Shown here: piece by piece, positions 44,026 to 57,046 of the stretch
Layout: every line of letters starts with the position of its first letter
How positions within the stretch are numbered: position 1 is the stretch's first letter
Made by a program: the position numbers and the translations under genes
The notes under the pieces: model-generated
Database searches by the model: none
Told to the model about the DNA's origin: nothing
Seen by the model: the letters and a program-made list of their open reading frames with translations, nothing else
DNA from: Spizellomyces punctatus DAOM BR117
Lineage: Eukaryota
DNA: 64,000 nucleotides
Direction: 5' to 3' (one strand)
Assembly: GCA_000182565.2 (NCBI GenBank)
Contig: KQ257461.1

Positions 44026-45423
44026 CTAGATGATACCTCTTCGTGGTCCTTTCCGAACAGATAGTGGAGGTGACTTTGGTCGAATAGCCTCAATGTCTGC
44101 CAAGGAGAAGAATGTCTTATGTCTAGGACGAGGCATATTGACAGTAGTCGAGCAAAAAGAATACCTGGGGTCGTTGGAACCAAGAGTCCTCCTCTCACGT
44201 AGGGAGTACCTTGAGCAGCTCCCTCGCCTCGGAGCCAACTAAGGTACCGGTCCCTGTCCCAATTAGTCGTAGAAAGGCCTAGTCCGACAGTGATCCAACC
44301 TCTCCTAATGTTCTCATCATTTCCAAATAATTCGAGTCTTCTACGTCCCATGCAAAAGTGCTCAATGAGATAATACAGCTCCTCCGGCTTGCGGGTGGTG
44401 AGGTCTTCAGGCTCCTCGGCGATGATGACATCCGTGTCCACGTTGCAATGAATAAAATGCCCATCGGTGGAACGACGGACTGTTCCGCGGATTCCCATCA
44501 AACAGTGCTCCTTGGTGTGCTGGAAGACGGAAGGTGGAGCCATGAGCGGCGTGCCCTAGAGTGCCCGACAAATCAGTCCAATAGTCGGTGAGCGCAATCT
44601 ATCGCCCTTGACGCATACCGGCCAGGTTTTATTAGTTTTTACCCAACAAATGTCCTCGCATCTGCGGTATCCCCATTTGCGCAACAGGGATCTTCCCTGA
44701 TCTAAGCCTTCGCAATCTCCCACCCAAATGAAAATAAAGGAAGGTGTGGCAGCCACATCTTCAATCGCAAGGGCTCCAATCTCTTCCCTGCCAGCGAGGA
44801 CATTATTAGCTTAACACTGAAGTATCAATGCAATAAAATATAAATGATTACCAAGTCCAATATGGACGCACTGGATCGGGACAGTTGATAATAGTAGAAG
44901 GAGACCATTCACAGTACCTGGAAAAGAAATAACTCAATTTAGCGTTTTTGACTTGATGTCAGAATTCCCAGAGTGCATACTCTCTCAGCGGAGGGTCAAT
45001 GAGAATGACATCGAATCTGATACCACCCAGCAAAGTACCCAACCCTTCTCGTCTCAGATTAGCCTTGATGTACATTGGGGGAGTGGCATACGCATCCACA
45101 ATTGCATCTTTGAGCTGTGCTAGATGTTGAAGCTTTGGATACTCAGTAAACCGGACCAATGGATGGACTTCCCGAATGTAGTTTTGAGGCCGAAGTGACG
45201 TATTAATAAAGTTCTGCATATAGTCATTTCGAACGATTATTTGGGCTGCAGGCTGAGGAAGCAGAGCCGATCTGGTGAGTTATCCATTTGTTTATATTGC
45301 AAGTAGGCATCTGGAGACCTTTTCTGGTTCATCTTCTGTTTTTTCTTTCTTTTCCGGATTATTTGCGCTTAACTCCAGCAGTTCAGGTTCATTTTCCAAA
45401 TCGCACCCCATATGAGGTCCCAT
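44026..45423 (-). CDS. METTL14: MT-A70 family m6A writer subunit, METTL14/Kar4-like; start uncertain
   Basis: [117 protein letters not shown]. Confidence 0.93.
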
Positions 45424-45619
45424 TACATCCGCTATTTCCTCGATAGGCGTCGTTGCATACGAGACCCATTGGAAAACAAAATTCCATACGCCTTACCAAC
45501 GATCGTCGTAGGAGCAACAGTGAAAGGACGGTGGATATCGCTTGTATGACTCACATACGGGTGTAGGCGTAAGTAAGGCCTCGTGTCGCCCGCCACCAGG
45601 GCGCCAGTTGACTTGTAGA

Positions 45620-48600
45620 ATGCAACGCGGCGGCCTCCTTGCTTTGAACATTGTGCTTCGTCAACGCGTTCATCGTGCTAGAGTCGATTTACAAACCTTA
45701 TCTTGTTTAACTGTTCGGCGTAGATTACACATAATGGGACCCGCCGTTGTCGCAGAATCCCCGAGAGGACCATTTGACTATCCCGCCGTCCGCCGGGATG
45801 AAACTGTTGCCGAAGTTTTACACGGCAAGGAAATCAAGGATCCCTATAGATGGCTGGAGGACCCTGATTCAGAGGAAACCAAGGTAGGATGCTACTGTTC
45901 CCACTGTTACCTTCTTTCCACTCCCGAGTCTTGACCACGTCATGGAGTTAGGCCTTTGTGGAGGCGCAGAACAAGCTTTTCTACAATTTCGTTGAAAAGA
46001 ATCCTTATCGTAAGAGCTTCAAGGAGAAGCTCACTAACTTATGGAACTATGAAAGGTTGAGACCATGGCTCTGACTGGTTGCTTTGGTTTTGTCCAGCAC
46101 AATAAACTGGAACCCGTTATCTCTCGCTAGATTTGGAGCACCATTCAAACGGGGCGACAATTATTATTACTTCCACAACAGTGGCTTGCAAGCGCAGGCC
46201 GTGCTCTACAAGCTGGAATCACTAGATGGGACACCAAAGACCTTTCTGGATGTGCGTATTTCAGCTGCGATTTCAGATACCCATGTCAGTTGCTGATTTC
46301 TCAGCTTCTTGCAGCCAAACAAGCTCTCTGAAGACGGGACCGTGTATGTGTTTGCAACATTTGAAAGTTTAAATGCCCTTTCACTTCAACCTTCCTGCTT
46401 ATCACTCAAATAGCTCCCTGAACACGTACGGATTCACAAAGTCTGGCAAGTACTTTGCCTACGGACTGTCGGCCAGCGGTAGTGACTGGGTCACAATACA
46501 CGTACGGGAAACTACTGATGATGCCTCCCTGAACTATGAGTCTAAGCCGATCGAATGGTGAAGTTTTAGGTAAACTTTAAAGTATATTCTTGTCTCTGAC
46601 GCATTGGATTCCAGGGCCAAATTTACAAGTATCGAATGGACACATGACGATAAGGGATTCTTTTACAATCGCTATCCCAAGCCAGCGCATACAACGAGCG
46701 ACAAAGCCGGAACGGAGACGGACGCGAACAAGAATGCCATGGTAGGTTTACGATGGGATGATTCGCGTCCCACTAGTAGCTAACGATTAGCATTGGCCTA
46801 GCTGTTTTACCACAAAATAGGTAGACTATGCGCCACTGGCCATCTGATAACCAATTATGTGAAAGGATGTTGAACGATGTTCTGTCCTTACCAATCTGCA
46901 GGAACTCCGCAGGAGGAGGATGTCCTCGTCTACAAACCAGATGACCCGGATTTCATCGTCCATGCCGAAATCTCTGACGATGGAAAATTCCTGATCATGA
47001 ATGTTTGCCGTAGCTGTGATCCGGAAAAGAAGTTGTATATCCTTGACATTGAGAAGACTTACGAAAAGAATGGGAAGAGGGAAATGACGAGTATGCTTGG
47101 AGGTTGCCGTGAGTCAGACAAAGGAGAATTGCCGTAGCTCACGAAAGACTTCCTGTAAAGCGAATCCGGAGATTGCCAAAGTCGTCGAGTAAGGACCCTC
47201 CATGACATATTCGTTTGTGGTGCTCGTTAATCATGCATCTCCCAAACCAGCGAGTTCATTGCCGAGTTTGACTAGTATGTTATTATTTGCAAGTATTTCA
47301 TTACCGGTACTGTGAACCAATAGTGTGCAATCACAGCGTGACGAACGAGGGATCGGTCTTCTGGTTCCAGACCACCTTAGATGCCCCCAAGCGTCGTATC
47401 GTCAAGTACGACTTGGCTGATCCTCAGAAGGTAAACTAGCAAGGTCAAATTCTTTTGACTCTCATTTCACAAGTAACCTTGTACCCGAATCCAGGGCTTT
47501 GTTGAGGTGATCCCGGAAAGCGAAGATGTCCTCTCCTTCAACCGGGTTGCAGACAATGATAAGCTGATTCTTGCTTATCTGCATGATGTGAAGGTGATAA
47601 AGCAGTATCTTACATTTGCTCTATCGTTGGTTCCTGACTTGGCTGTTGTATCCGATGTAGCATGTGGTCAGGCTTTATTCTTTGAAATCCGGGGAAGCAC
47701 TGACCCCGAAAGAACTGCCATTGCCATTGGGGTCTATAATCGGGTCTTTGACGGGTCGGAAAGAAGATAAGGAAATGTATGACGCCAATGTCGGCTGCCT
47801 AGTCGTATAACAATTTGGCTGATTTCCACTCTGACAGTTTCTACTCGTTTTCATCTTTCACGACACCTGGAATGATCTATCGATTCGACTTCCGCACCCT
47901 GAAGCATTCTGTTTTCAAAGAAACACAAGTGAACGGGCAAGCTACAGTCGTTTATTTTCCATGTCGGATGCCCTTCGCTCACACCCGTTCCCGATCAGTT
48001 TGCAGGCGGATCTCCTGGAGACGAAGCAAATCTTTTATACGAGCAAAGACGGCACCAAGGTACTGGCTGATACACAGTTTCAGAGGCACTGAGCTTTTTG
48101 ATGCTAACGCAGCGCTTAAAGATTCCTATGTACATTATAAGCCGAAAGGTGGGATCTCGAAGATGTGAAGTACCTGTTGACTTTCCAGAATCTGTTTGAT
48201 GACCGATATTATATTAGGACACACCACTGGACGGTAACAATGTTACACTCCTATACGGTTACGGAGGGTTTAATGTCTCTATCTTACCATCATTTTCGGT
48301 CACCTGGTACGTCTATCCACTGATGACTATGTCCATAGCTTGATAAGGAACTAACCTTGCCTTGCATGTAGGCTGGTAGGACACCAAGTTTCATCGTCAT
48401 CGATCTCCCTTTATTTTCTTCTGATCTTTCTTTTGATGTTTATGTAGACCTTTGTGCAGCACATGAAGGTATGACCTACAGTGGCAATTCACGGCACGAC
48501 GCCATTACTGATGTTACGCAACCATGAAAATCAGGGGGTGGTCGCAGTGGCAAACATCAGGGGAGGAGGCGAGTACGGACAGGAGAAGTGGTATGACCAA

Positions 48601-49479
48601 GGAAAGAGAGACAAGAAGCAAAATGTCTTTGACGATTTCCAAGCTGCTGCAAAGTGGCTCGTTGAAAACAAGTACACCAACCCTAAAAAGTTGGGTATTA
48701 ACGGTGGTTCTAATGGAGGATTGCTTGTGGGTGCTTGCTTAAACCAAGCTCCCGAATTGTTTGGATGTGGAATTGCGGATGTCGGTGTGCTTGATATGCT
48801 TCGATTCCATAAGTTTACCATTGGGTACGCTGTTTTGTTGACTTGCGAGCGATTCGACCATTGATGATTAATCCCGTTAGACATGCATGGACCTCGGATT
48901 ACGGAGACCCAGACAAGAAAGAAGATTTTGACGTACTACTCAAGTATGTGTACATTTCTGTGACTTCAATGCATTGCACGCTAATCCTGTCCTTTCTCCA
49001 GATACTCGCCTCTCCACAATGTACGGTCAGACAAACCGTACCCAGCAGTGCTAATAACCACTGGTGATCATGATGACAGAGTGTAAGCAGAGCCTGACTT
49101 TGTAGCCATCATATCAAAAATTGCATTTCATAAATGCGGCTCTTTTCGACAGTGTGCCGCTGCACTCTCACAAGTTCTTAGCGACGCTTCAGCATACTGC
49201 ACGGAACAATCCGCAACCTATCATGATCCGGGTTGAGACAAAGGTATGTCGCCGGGTGAGCCCTTCCTCCATAACGTTGCTAAACATGCGGTTCATACCA
49301 TAAGGCTGGACACGGAGCTGGCAAGAGCACACAGCAACGGGTAAGACCTTTGTTTTTGTCTACTGTTCCAGCATTTCTACGCGGTGCTGACGACCGGACT
49401 CATGGTTGATCAGATTGAGGAAGCTACCGACAAGTTCTCCTTCCTTGGTCTGACTCTGGGAGCAACCTGGACTGACTGA
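45620..49479 (+). CDS. Prolyl oligopeptidase (S9A), more than 20 introns; second ATG at 45734
   Basis: [40 protein letters not shown]; catalytic [24 protein letters not shown]. Confidence 0.96.
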
Positions 49480-50419
49480 TTGAACGTGTTTGGCCTGAGG
49501 TCGAATACTAAAAGGGGGACCCAGGTAATTTAACTAGTCAAATCTTTCTAAAGTAGATGAGAGACTAGATGGTCGGCGTGGCCAGTTGTTATGCCAAATA
49601 TAAACGTCTGGGATTTGATTGCGGTGGTTCATCGTTACCATGAGTTTGCAAATGGATGAAGGATTTACGTAACAGCATGTGCAGATAACTGGACGTTAGT
49701 CCACTGCCTGGTATATTTCCTGTCTAGGCTGCCCGCCATCGCTGTGATGTCGTCTTAGGCGCGTATCTTCGAAACGCTTTGACTGTGAAAATATGAATTA
49801 TAGCATAAGGATATGATGTTTGTAAGTCCTTGGCTTCCTAGGACTTGCTAACGGTTCGGTTTGTAGAAATGAATGGGATTGCATAGGAATATTTGGGCGG
49901 GTCCTTGCGATTCATAATTAGGTTGCATGAATTTGGGAGACATTTGTAGGATAGTAAGGTACTTACTCCTACACAGTTAATCACTGGCCACCACAGCGTA
50001 TTGAATTATATGCAATTATATGCACTGAAACCTACATCTTTGCGTGAGTAACTAATGGATTAGCAGGAATGCTGTTATCTGGATGTCCGAGGTAGTAGGG
50101 AGCAAAGAAGACAAATATTGATAATAAAATAGCCATCTAAACAAAACCTACCTAATCTTTAGATGTGAAATATGGATGGAATCTTAAACGATCACTGCTG
50201 GAAGAAATTCCTTCAGGATTATTAGAACCATCTTGAGCAGTGAGTAGCACTGTAGGAGAGCGGTAGGAGCGCATTGTAAGCCTCTCTTACAAGCCTCTCG
50301 TAACTTTGTAGGAGATATGAACACGAGTTCCTGTATCCACCATCTCACCCGCCCTGTCGTCCTGCCGTAGTCCGCAAAACCATCACCATCAAAGACCATA
50401 CTGTATTCTATGGCCCTTT

Positions 50420-50740
50420 ATGAAAGTGAAAAACGCAACAGTTTTTCTGCTCAAAGCAGATCTGAGCATAGAAGGCCAAGAAGTCTTTGACGCACTTGAG
50501 AACGAGCTCGCTCCCTCAAAGATCAAAACTCTCAAACGCAAACTCTATCATAGACGTATCACTGGCCAGTGGCTGGTCCAATTCGAAAGTCCTCCGGCTT
50601 ACAAGCGTACCATCGAGATCTTCGGCTGGAGATGTCGACTCATCATTGAAAAAGGACAAACGTGTGTTGCTTGTGGGGTTTCCGGACATCATGGCTACGA
50701 ATGTCCGGCCACGGAGCTCGTTATTGTACCTGCTCCTTGA
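50420..50740 (+). CDS. Small intronless protein with a CCHC zinc knuckle, resembling retrotransposon ORF1/gag
   Basis: CVACGVSGHHGYEC = C-X2-C-X4-H-X4-C, preceded by an alternating-hydrophobic segment (TGQWLVQF...IEIFG..C). Confidence 0.6.
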   Translation: MKVKNATVFLLKADLSIEGQEVFDALENELAPSKIKTLKRKLYHRRITGQWLVQFESPPAYKRTIEIFGWRCRLIIEKGQTCVACGVSGHHGYECPATELVIVPAP

Positions 50741-51295
50741 TGTTTTAAGTCATGTATAGTATAGCTACTTTGAGTATTGCACTGTTGCATCATCGGGACT
50801 CCGGCTGTGGCACGATGGCAACGATTCTGGCTTTTATGTTTATTTTATATGCTAAGGGTTTTCAAGAAGGCTAGCGTATTGACACGGGCGCATTGCGGGT
50901 AGCTGAAAACTGGCATCTGTCGTATATCTTAAGGCAGCCTGGTACCGAATGTGTAGCCATAGGTCAGAATAGGATTTAATTGCAAAGCATTGACTATGAT
51001 TAAGTGATTAGAAGCCTCTAATGGGAAACGTTGGTTCATGCCCATCGTAGAAAATTAACGGAGCATTCAAATCGATCCTCTGAATGGGAGAAGCAAAATC
51101 GCTGTATAGCGCTACAGGCGGCCCCAACCTTTGGCAATTGCCTTGAGAAGTGCAGCTCTGTTTAGTTTTTGCCGCTGTGGAGTGGGGGGCCTCAGACTGC
51201 GGGCGACCATCCTATATCTGGTACATCTTAGGGTTTTACGGTATACAAAGAATGCGCTACGGCGTTCGTGAACTGTAGGTTCACCCGCCCAAAAG

Positions 51296-53072
51296 CTACC
51301 ATCTGATCTCTTTTTCCGATAGACAAGCATCGTGAATACCTGGATGAGACAGTCCCGCGCCCGCTAAAACAACGGAAGCCTCTCTTTCTGAGGTAAGAAA
51401 CGAAGCGCATTAATGCCGTTTGGGCCGTATACATACCAGTAGTTAGGTACTTCCATCGCTTATTACACTGTCGGCAGTACAAACTTCCTTCCATTGAGCA
51501 GGAGCGTTCGCGTATACTCGTCATCCCCAGCACCCGCGTGTATGGCATACGATGGATGGATCAAGGACTGACATTATAAATGACTTGGTGTTACATCTAT
51601 AAACATGGTTGAAACATAAAGGACTATGACAAGGCGTGGGATTCGTCTGGATTTCTTGTAGCGAAGCATGAGCAAAGGCGTTAGCGTTGCTACGAAATTT
51701 GCTTATCGTTTTTGATGAACAAAATGAAAGGAATGTGCATGCGTCAGTACAGGGTATATATACATCGATATCCTCCTTGAAAAAACTCAAGTTCCATGTC
51801 ACAATGAGATGTAAGACCTTTCTATTTTAACAATTCGTGCATATCCGTATACATTATTCTTTGGAGAGTAGAAATATCAGAGAGCACTATTAATACAAGA
51901 AAATCCAACGGTAAGTGGTATGCAACAAAGCCAACCAACTTTGGTTTTAACTGAAAACGACATTCAAACATGGAACAAACCTTCAGTAGCGTAACTGGGA
52001 TCTCGATGATATATCTTTTGTAAGAAGCTGATGAGCGCTCCGGCCCTGATGATTGTTTCTTCTGGTGGGAGATTACTAATCGAGCGAGTATCTACTGCAA
52101 ACGGATTTGCTGGCGGGGGTTCTACGCTCATGGAGACGACTTGTTCGATGATATCGGGTAGCGCGAGATCTGCGAGGATATGAAATGCGAAGAAAGGATT
52201 AGTTTGACAAGAGCTGAGAAAATGGCCAAACATGAAAGCATCTGAGAGCACATACTTTTTTCAAACCATTGTGCGGTGGTTTCTAATTGAATTGGCATGC
52301 TATCGTCCTCTGGCGCATGGTCAACACCTCGAAAACGCTGCCCATGTTTTGAACGTAGCTATAGTCAACAGCAACACATAATCATAAGTCACTTGCGAGG
52401 CCTTAAACATTCATGGAAAGCAACCGCATACCCAAACATATGGTCGGCCATAGCGCGCATAGACGGCCAAGAGAACAGAGATATGTTGCGAATCCTATCA
52501 GATATGTGTGAAGAAACTGGGCTCATATGCGACAAGTCCCGATATTCCTACATTCTCCAAATCCTGATCTGATGGACTCTGTACTGATATTGCGTTTCTG
52601 AAAAGTCCACCTGTCATTACAGATTGCCGAGAAGGGGCCCGTTGTGTGAAGCTTTGAACTCACCCTTTATGGACCCGACGTGAAGAAGTCTGTCGCCTAA
52701 GTAAACGTGCGTGAATATCAGTAATTGTAGGGCACAGCGTTTCTAGCTACTCTATAGTCCTACTTTGATAAGGCAATATCGACCGAATTTGAGAACGGAA
52801 GGCATTTCTGTGAGGATGATGTTTCAACTTGTAGAATTAACTCTTCTCTTCCTCTTAAGCAGGTGTCAAAATATTTGAAGCCCTGAGAAAGCTTCTGAAT
52901 AAGCGAGATGCCGTGGCGAAAATGTCGGTGTATCTAAGCTACACTTGTGGTCAGCAAACCTTGAGGCCACCTATTACCACCAGATCTGCGAGAGCTGTGG
53001 CCAAACGAGCTGGATCCTGTATACAATTGGGATGCAGAGACCGCATGAGAAGGCAATCTTCAACAAAATACA
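51296..53072 (-). CDS. Probable multi-exon gene of unknown function; boundaries approximate
   Basis: Open exon-like segments flanked by splice signals: ...ADLVVIGGLK / IHRHFRHGISLIQKLSQGFKYFD... / LRSKHGQRFRG...AQWFEK / NLALPDIIEQVVSMSVEPPPANPF... / LYCRQCNKRWKY. Confidence 0.5.
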
Positions 53073-53270
53073 TGCTGCTTGAGAACAAACCTGTTGAGAT
53101 TGCTGCTGAGCGTATGCCATTTTTATGTCTGCGGAAAACCAGGGAGAGTTGAGCAGACGACGATGAGACGGGGAAACGCGACACGTTATACACGTAATCC
53201 ACCAAGCTAAGCTGTGGTCCCCCTCATCATCCTACACGCAGCGTTGCTGTAACTGCTATTGGAATGCTGG

Positions 53271-55066
53271 ATGAGTTTGTACCAGCAAGTCGCTGAGTGG
53301 GTGCGGCTCCCCGACCCGCCTTGCGTCAAGCCTGGACAAGTGAACCTGCCTGTGAGCGGAACCTCAACAGAAGTATATGAGGCACCACCGACACCCTCGT
53401 TTGAACAAAAATGGGAACGTCATTTCGCCTCTCACACTCCACCGGACTTTGGCCACTCCATTCTTCACAAACTATTCCCGACACTTGTCGGTGATATTAC
53501 AGCCTTCGACGAGAGAGACCCCGACCTAGGACCATCTTCCGATGATCTAGAGGGAAAGGCAGGGACCACGTTCACTTTTCTCGCCCACGGGTCATATGGG
53601 GCGACATGCCGACCTGTTCTTGATGTATTGCGCAAGTGGCAATTGAGAATGGAGGCTAGCCCTGTGCGGTTCTTCTACGATATGCTGTATCCGTATATTG
53701 TGAGATCGGTGCGCCTTGTGAGCGGCCTAGTGGGTGCCCGACCAGAGGATACTGTTCTGGTGACGAATGTAGAAGTTGGTATGAATGCTGTGATGAGGTA
53801 CACATCGTTAATCCCTGCAGAGGAATTGAAGAGATGCAGAAAGCCATTGATTGTCATCAGTCTATTCTAGATCGCTGACATTTGGGCCAGGCGACAAGAT
53901 AATTGCCTTCGACCTGACTTATACCGCCGTTTTATATTCTGCACAACACATCTGTGACCGCACGGGTGCTGAGCTGTTGACCTTTCCGATGACCTTTCCG
54001 GTATCTCCAGAGTCAGTGGTTGCCGATTTGCGCCGGTTTTTGGAGGGTTACGACCAGCGTCGCGGAACCATCAGGCTCGCCATCTTTCAGCATATCACCA
54101 GCCCGACTGGTATGTTTTGACTAACTCAGAATGCTACTCATGCCAACATGCAAATAAATCAGATCATATTTCCAGCGATATTATTGCCTGTTCGCAAGCT
54201 CATCACGTCCTGTCGCGAGTACAATATTCCTGTAATGGTTGATGGTGCACATTCTATTGGTGCGATCCGTTATGCTATCAATACCAGCGTCTCCATTGCA
54301 TCTGACGTCTTCACGCTCCTAGGACAAATCCCGATGAATCTAACCGAGCTTGGTGCGGATTTCTATGTGACAAATACCCACAAGTGGTTATGCAACGCAA
54401 GAGGATGCGCCTTATTGTGTAAGTCGCATTGCGTTCTTTGCTATCTGCAACTATCAGATCACCTGATGGAGTAGGACAGGGGTTCATCCGCAACATCACA
54501 GCAGAGTGTATCCGCTGACAACCAGCTGGGGACATCTAAACAAAGAATCCCTTCAGGCACGATTTATATGGCAGGGCACCGCGGATTATAGTCCCTTCTT
54601 ATCTCTTTATATTGCCGTAAAGTTCTACAAGTGGTTAGGATACGACAAAGTTATTCAGCGAAACCGGCGCCTTGCTTCCTGGTGCGCGAGCTTATTAGCC
54701 GAAGCTTGGGGAACAGAGCCGCTGGTCGCGGTGGCGCAAAACGATGAGGATAGTTTGGACACAAAAGAGTCAAAGTGGGAGACAGGAATGATTGGGAGCA
54801 TGTGCTGCGTCAAGATACCACCCGCTAATACCGACATGCATGGAATAATTGATCTTCACGACGAGCTCTTGGACAAGTTTCAGATCGAAATCCCAGTTTT
54901 CAGCTTTCAAGGGCACCGGTACGTACGCGTGAGCCTCCACATGTATAACGATGAGAAAGACTGCCTCGCATTAGGTAGAGCCGTGCTCATAGCATTAGGA
55001 TACCCGACTACATACAATGGCTACATATTATTAGATAAAAAGGAGCATGCTTTATCAAAAGAATAG
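53271..55066 (+). CDS. PLP-dependent class V aminotransferase-fold enzyme (Egt2 / cysteine desulfhydrase / isopenicillin N epimerase-like)
   Basis: FLAHGSYG, HITSPTAILLP, VDGAHSIGQIP, DFYVTNTHKW (PLP lysine), WQGTADY, YVRVSLHMYN. Confidence 0.9.
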
Positions 55067-55098
55067 AAAACATTTATGCCTTTTTCGTTAGGCTGCCG

Positions 55099-56886
55099 CT
55101 AGGATACTGTAAATGGCACCACGAAACCATTGGCGTAACATGGAATATTTACTTCGGATGTAAGCTGCCGCGTCAACGGTTGTCTAAAGGGATTCACTTT
55201 CACCCGTGCGTGAATGCCTGCGTTCGTCTTCTTCAGTGCTTTAGCCACTTGCTCAGCATCAAGCTCCGTGCGTTCCGCGAAAATGACATTGGTCTTTTGG
55301 GACAAGATGGCGTCCAAAGTTTGCCGCGAAGCTTTCGCTTCCTCAGCATCCATAGAAGCATCAATAAAAAGTTTCGTCGCAGCATCATGACAAACTATCA
55401 GGTGTGGTGGATACTTGTCACGGGGAAAGTCGCTGTAACTGCTTCGGGCAAAGTGTACGCGGACACAACACTCCAATTCCGAGTTCTTGTACTCCACAGA
55501 GTATTGTCGACGAGCAAAAACAGCAGGGTGATTCAGAGTCAGCTTCCCTCCCTGTTCTTGCTCTGTTATCGTAGCGTGCACCGTGTAGTCAGTAGATGTA
55601 ATGGGGATAACCACGATTTCTCTTGCTATTATGAAAATGTCCACCGTAACTTGCGGTAACAGTGCAGCCAGACACTCGTACGTGGCAGCGAGTTCCACAT
55701 CCGTCTGCGAAGACTCGATAATATGCAAACACACATATGATCCGCGCGAAATGGGTAATGAAGATCGCGGAAACAGATGGGTCAGTCCGTGAAACAACGT
55801 CAAAGCGTTCGACAATAGCAGACATGCGGGTGAGTTTTTCGGTATGGACTTTGCTTTATAATAATCTTTCCATCCGCATATTGCGGCGGGCGTATCACGG
55901 AAACCAGAGTCTGGTGACAAGGGCGTAGAGAAAGGACATAGGGTTTTGGGAAAGGCCTCAGTTGCGACGACGGACTCGGAGACTCTCATGCGAGCTACCA
56001 AATCAAATGTCCCCTGAATAAGATCCGTCCGCCACAGGCCATGACCCAGGATGCAGGTATCTGACAGATAACCGTGCAAGTCAGCTCGATCATCAAGTAA
56101 TCGCCGGTCCACTTCAAGTCCAAAGTCACGAAGTTCTGGTGCTCTGCTCATATGGGTCTTCAGAATGTTGCAGTAGGTCTTATGCTGAGGCCAATCTACT
56201 GCTTGGCACTCCCGTGAGCAGTAGTTCATCGCTTTGCATGAGGAGCATCGTGAGATCGAAGCAGCTGGCAATCGCTTGCTGCACACATGACATGCAAACC
56301 GTCCACTCGAAGGAGATGATTGCATCTGTTTAGTGCTCCCTAAGCCATCAGCATTGGTAACTTCGCTGGATCTCGCTCCCTTTTCCCCTTCAAAAATAAT
56401 GGCCACCTCCAGCTCTGATCGCGCCTTCTGCGCCAGGTACTGCAGGGTCGACTGAAACTCCGCTTTGCCTGATAATTCATCTTCGGTGTTGCTATGTGAA
56501 GAAATCTGAACTACTTGGGGCCTGGCAGCGTTCTGTCGTGACATTGGGAAACATATCGCCCGGCACAGGAACGCATACAGATCGTCCAGGGAAGGTGGTG
56601 CACCTGGAAACGACTCAAAGTTCAGCACAGCGGCCTCGCTACAAGTTGCCGCCGCTCTCACTGTTGCAAGATATACAGGGCGAGAGTCGTTCGCCTGGCA
56701 ACAGACGCGGTAAAGTCGCGGATTGCAATAAAGCTACTCAAGGCGGAAATTACTTACCACCCCAGCTTGCTGGACAGTTAGCTCCCAGCGCGCACCATTC
56801 TGTGGAATGGAACTGGCAAGTCGTAAAGACTCGACCTTCTCTCGCTCTCTGTCCTCTTCTGTGTATGGTTTAGGGCCGTCCGCCAT
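55099..56886 (-). CDS. zf-MYND protein with MSS51-like C-terminal domain
   Basis: Exon 1 MADGPKPYTEE... spliced into the long ORF; CHVC...CSSCKAMNYCSRECQAVDWPQHKTYC; WKDYY...LLSNALTL...NPFRQP. Confidence 0.85.
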
Positions 56887-57046
56887 GGTGGTCGTCGTGA
56901 GTCTGCAGAAGGAGGATTTGCTGATGATCGACAGGGGCGTGGCGCAGGGGGCTGTGCTTGATGACGCGTCGCGCGACGGTTATCCCTCCCCATTGCCATG
57001 TATTTCCGTCGAAACTTCTTCTCTGCTTCATAGTGCACATCGCTAT

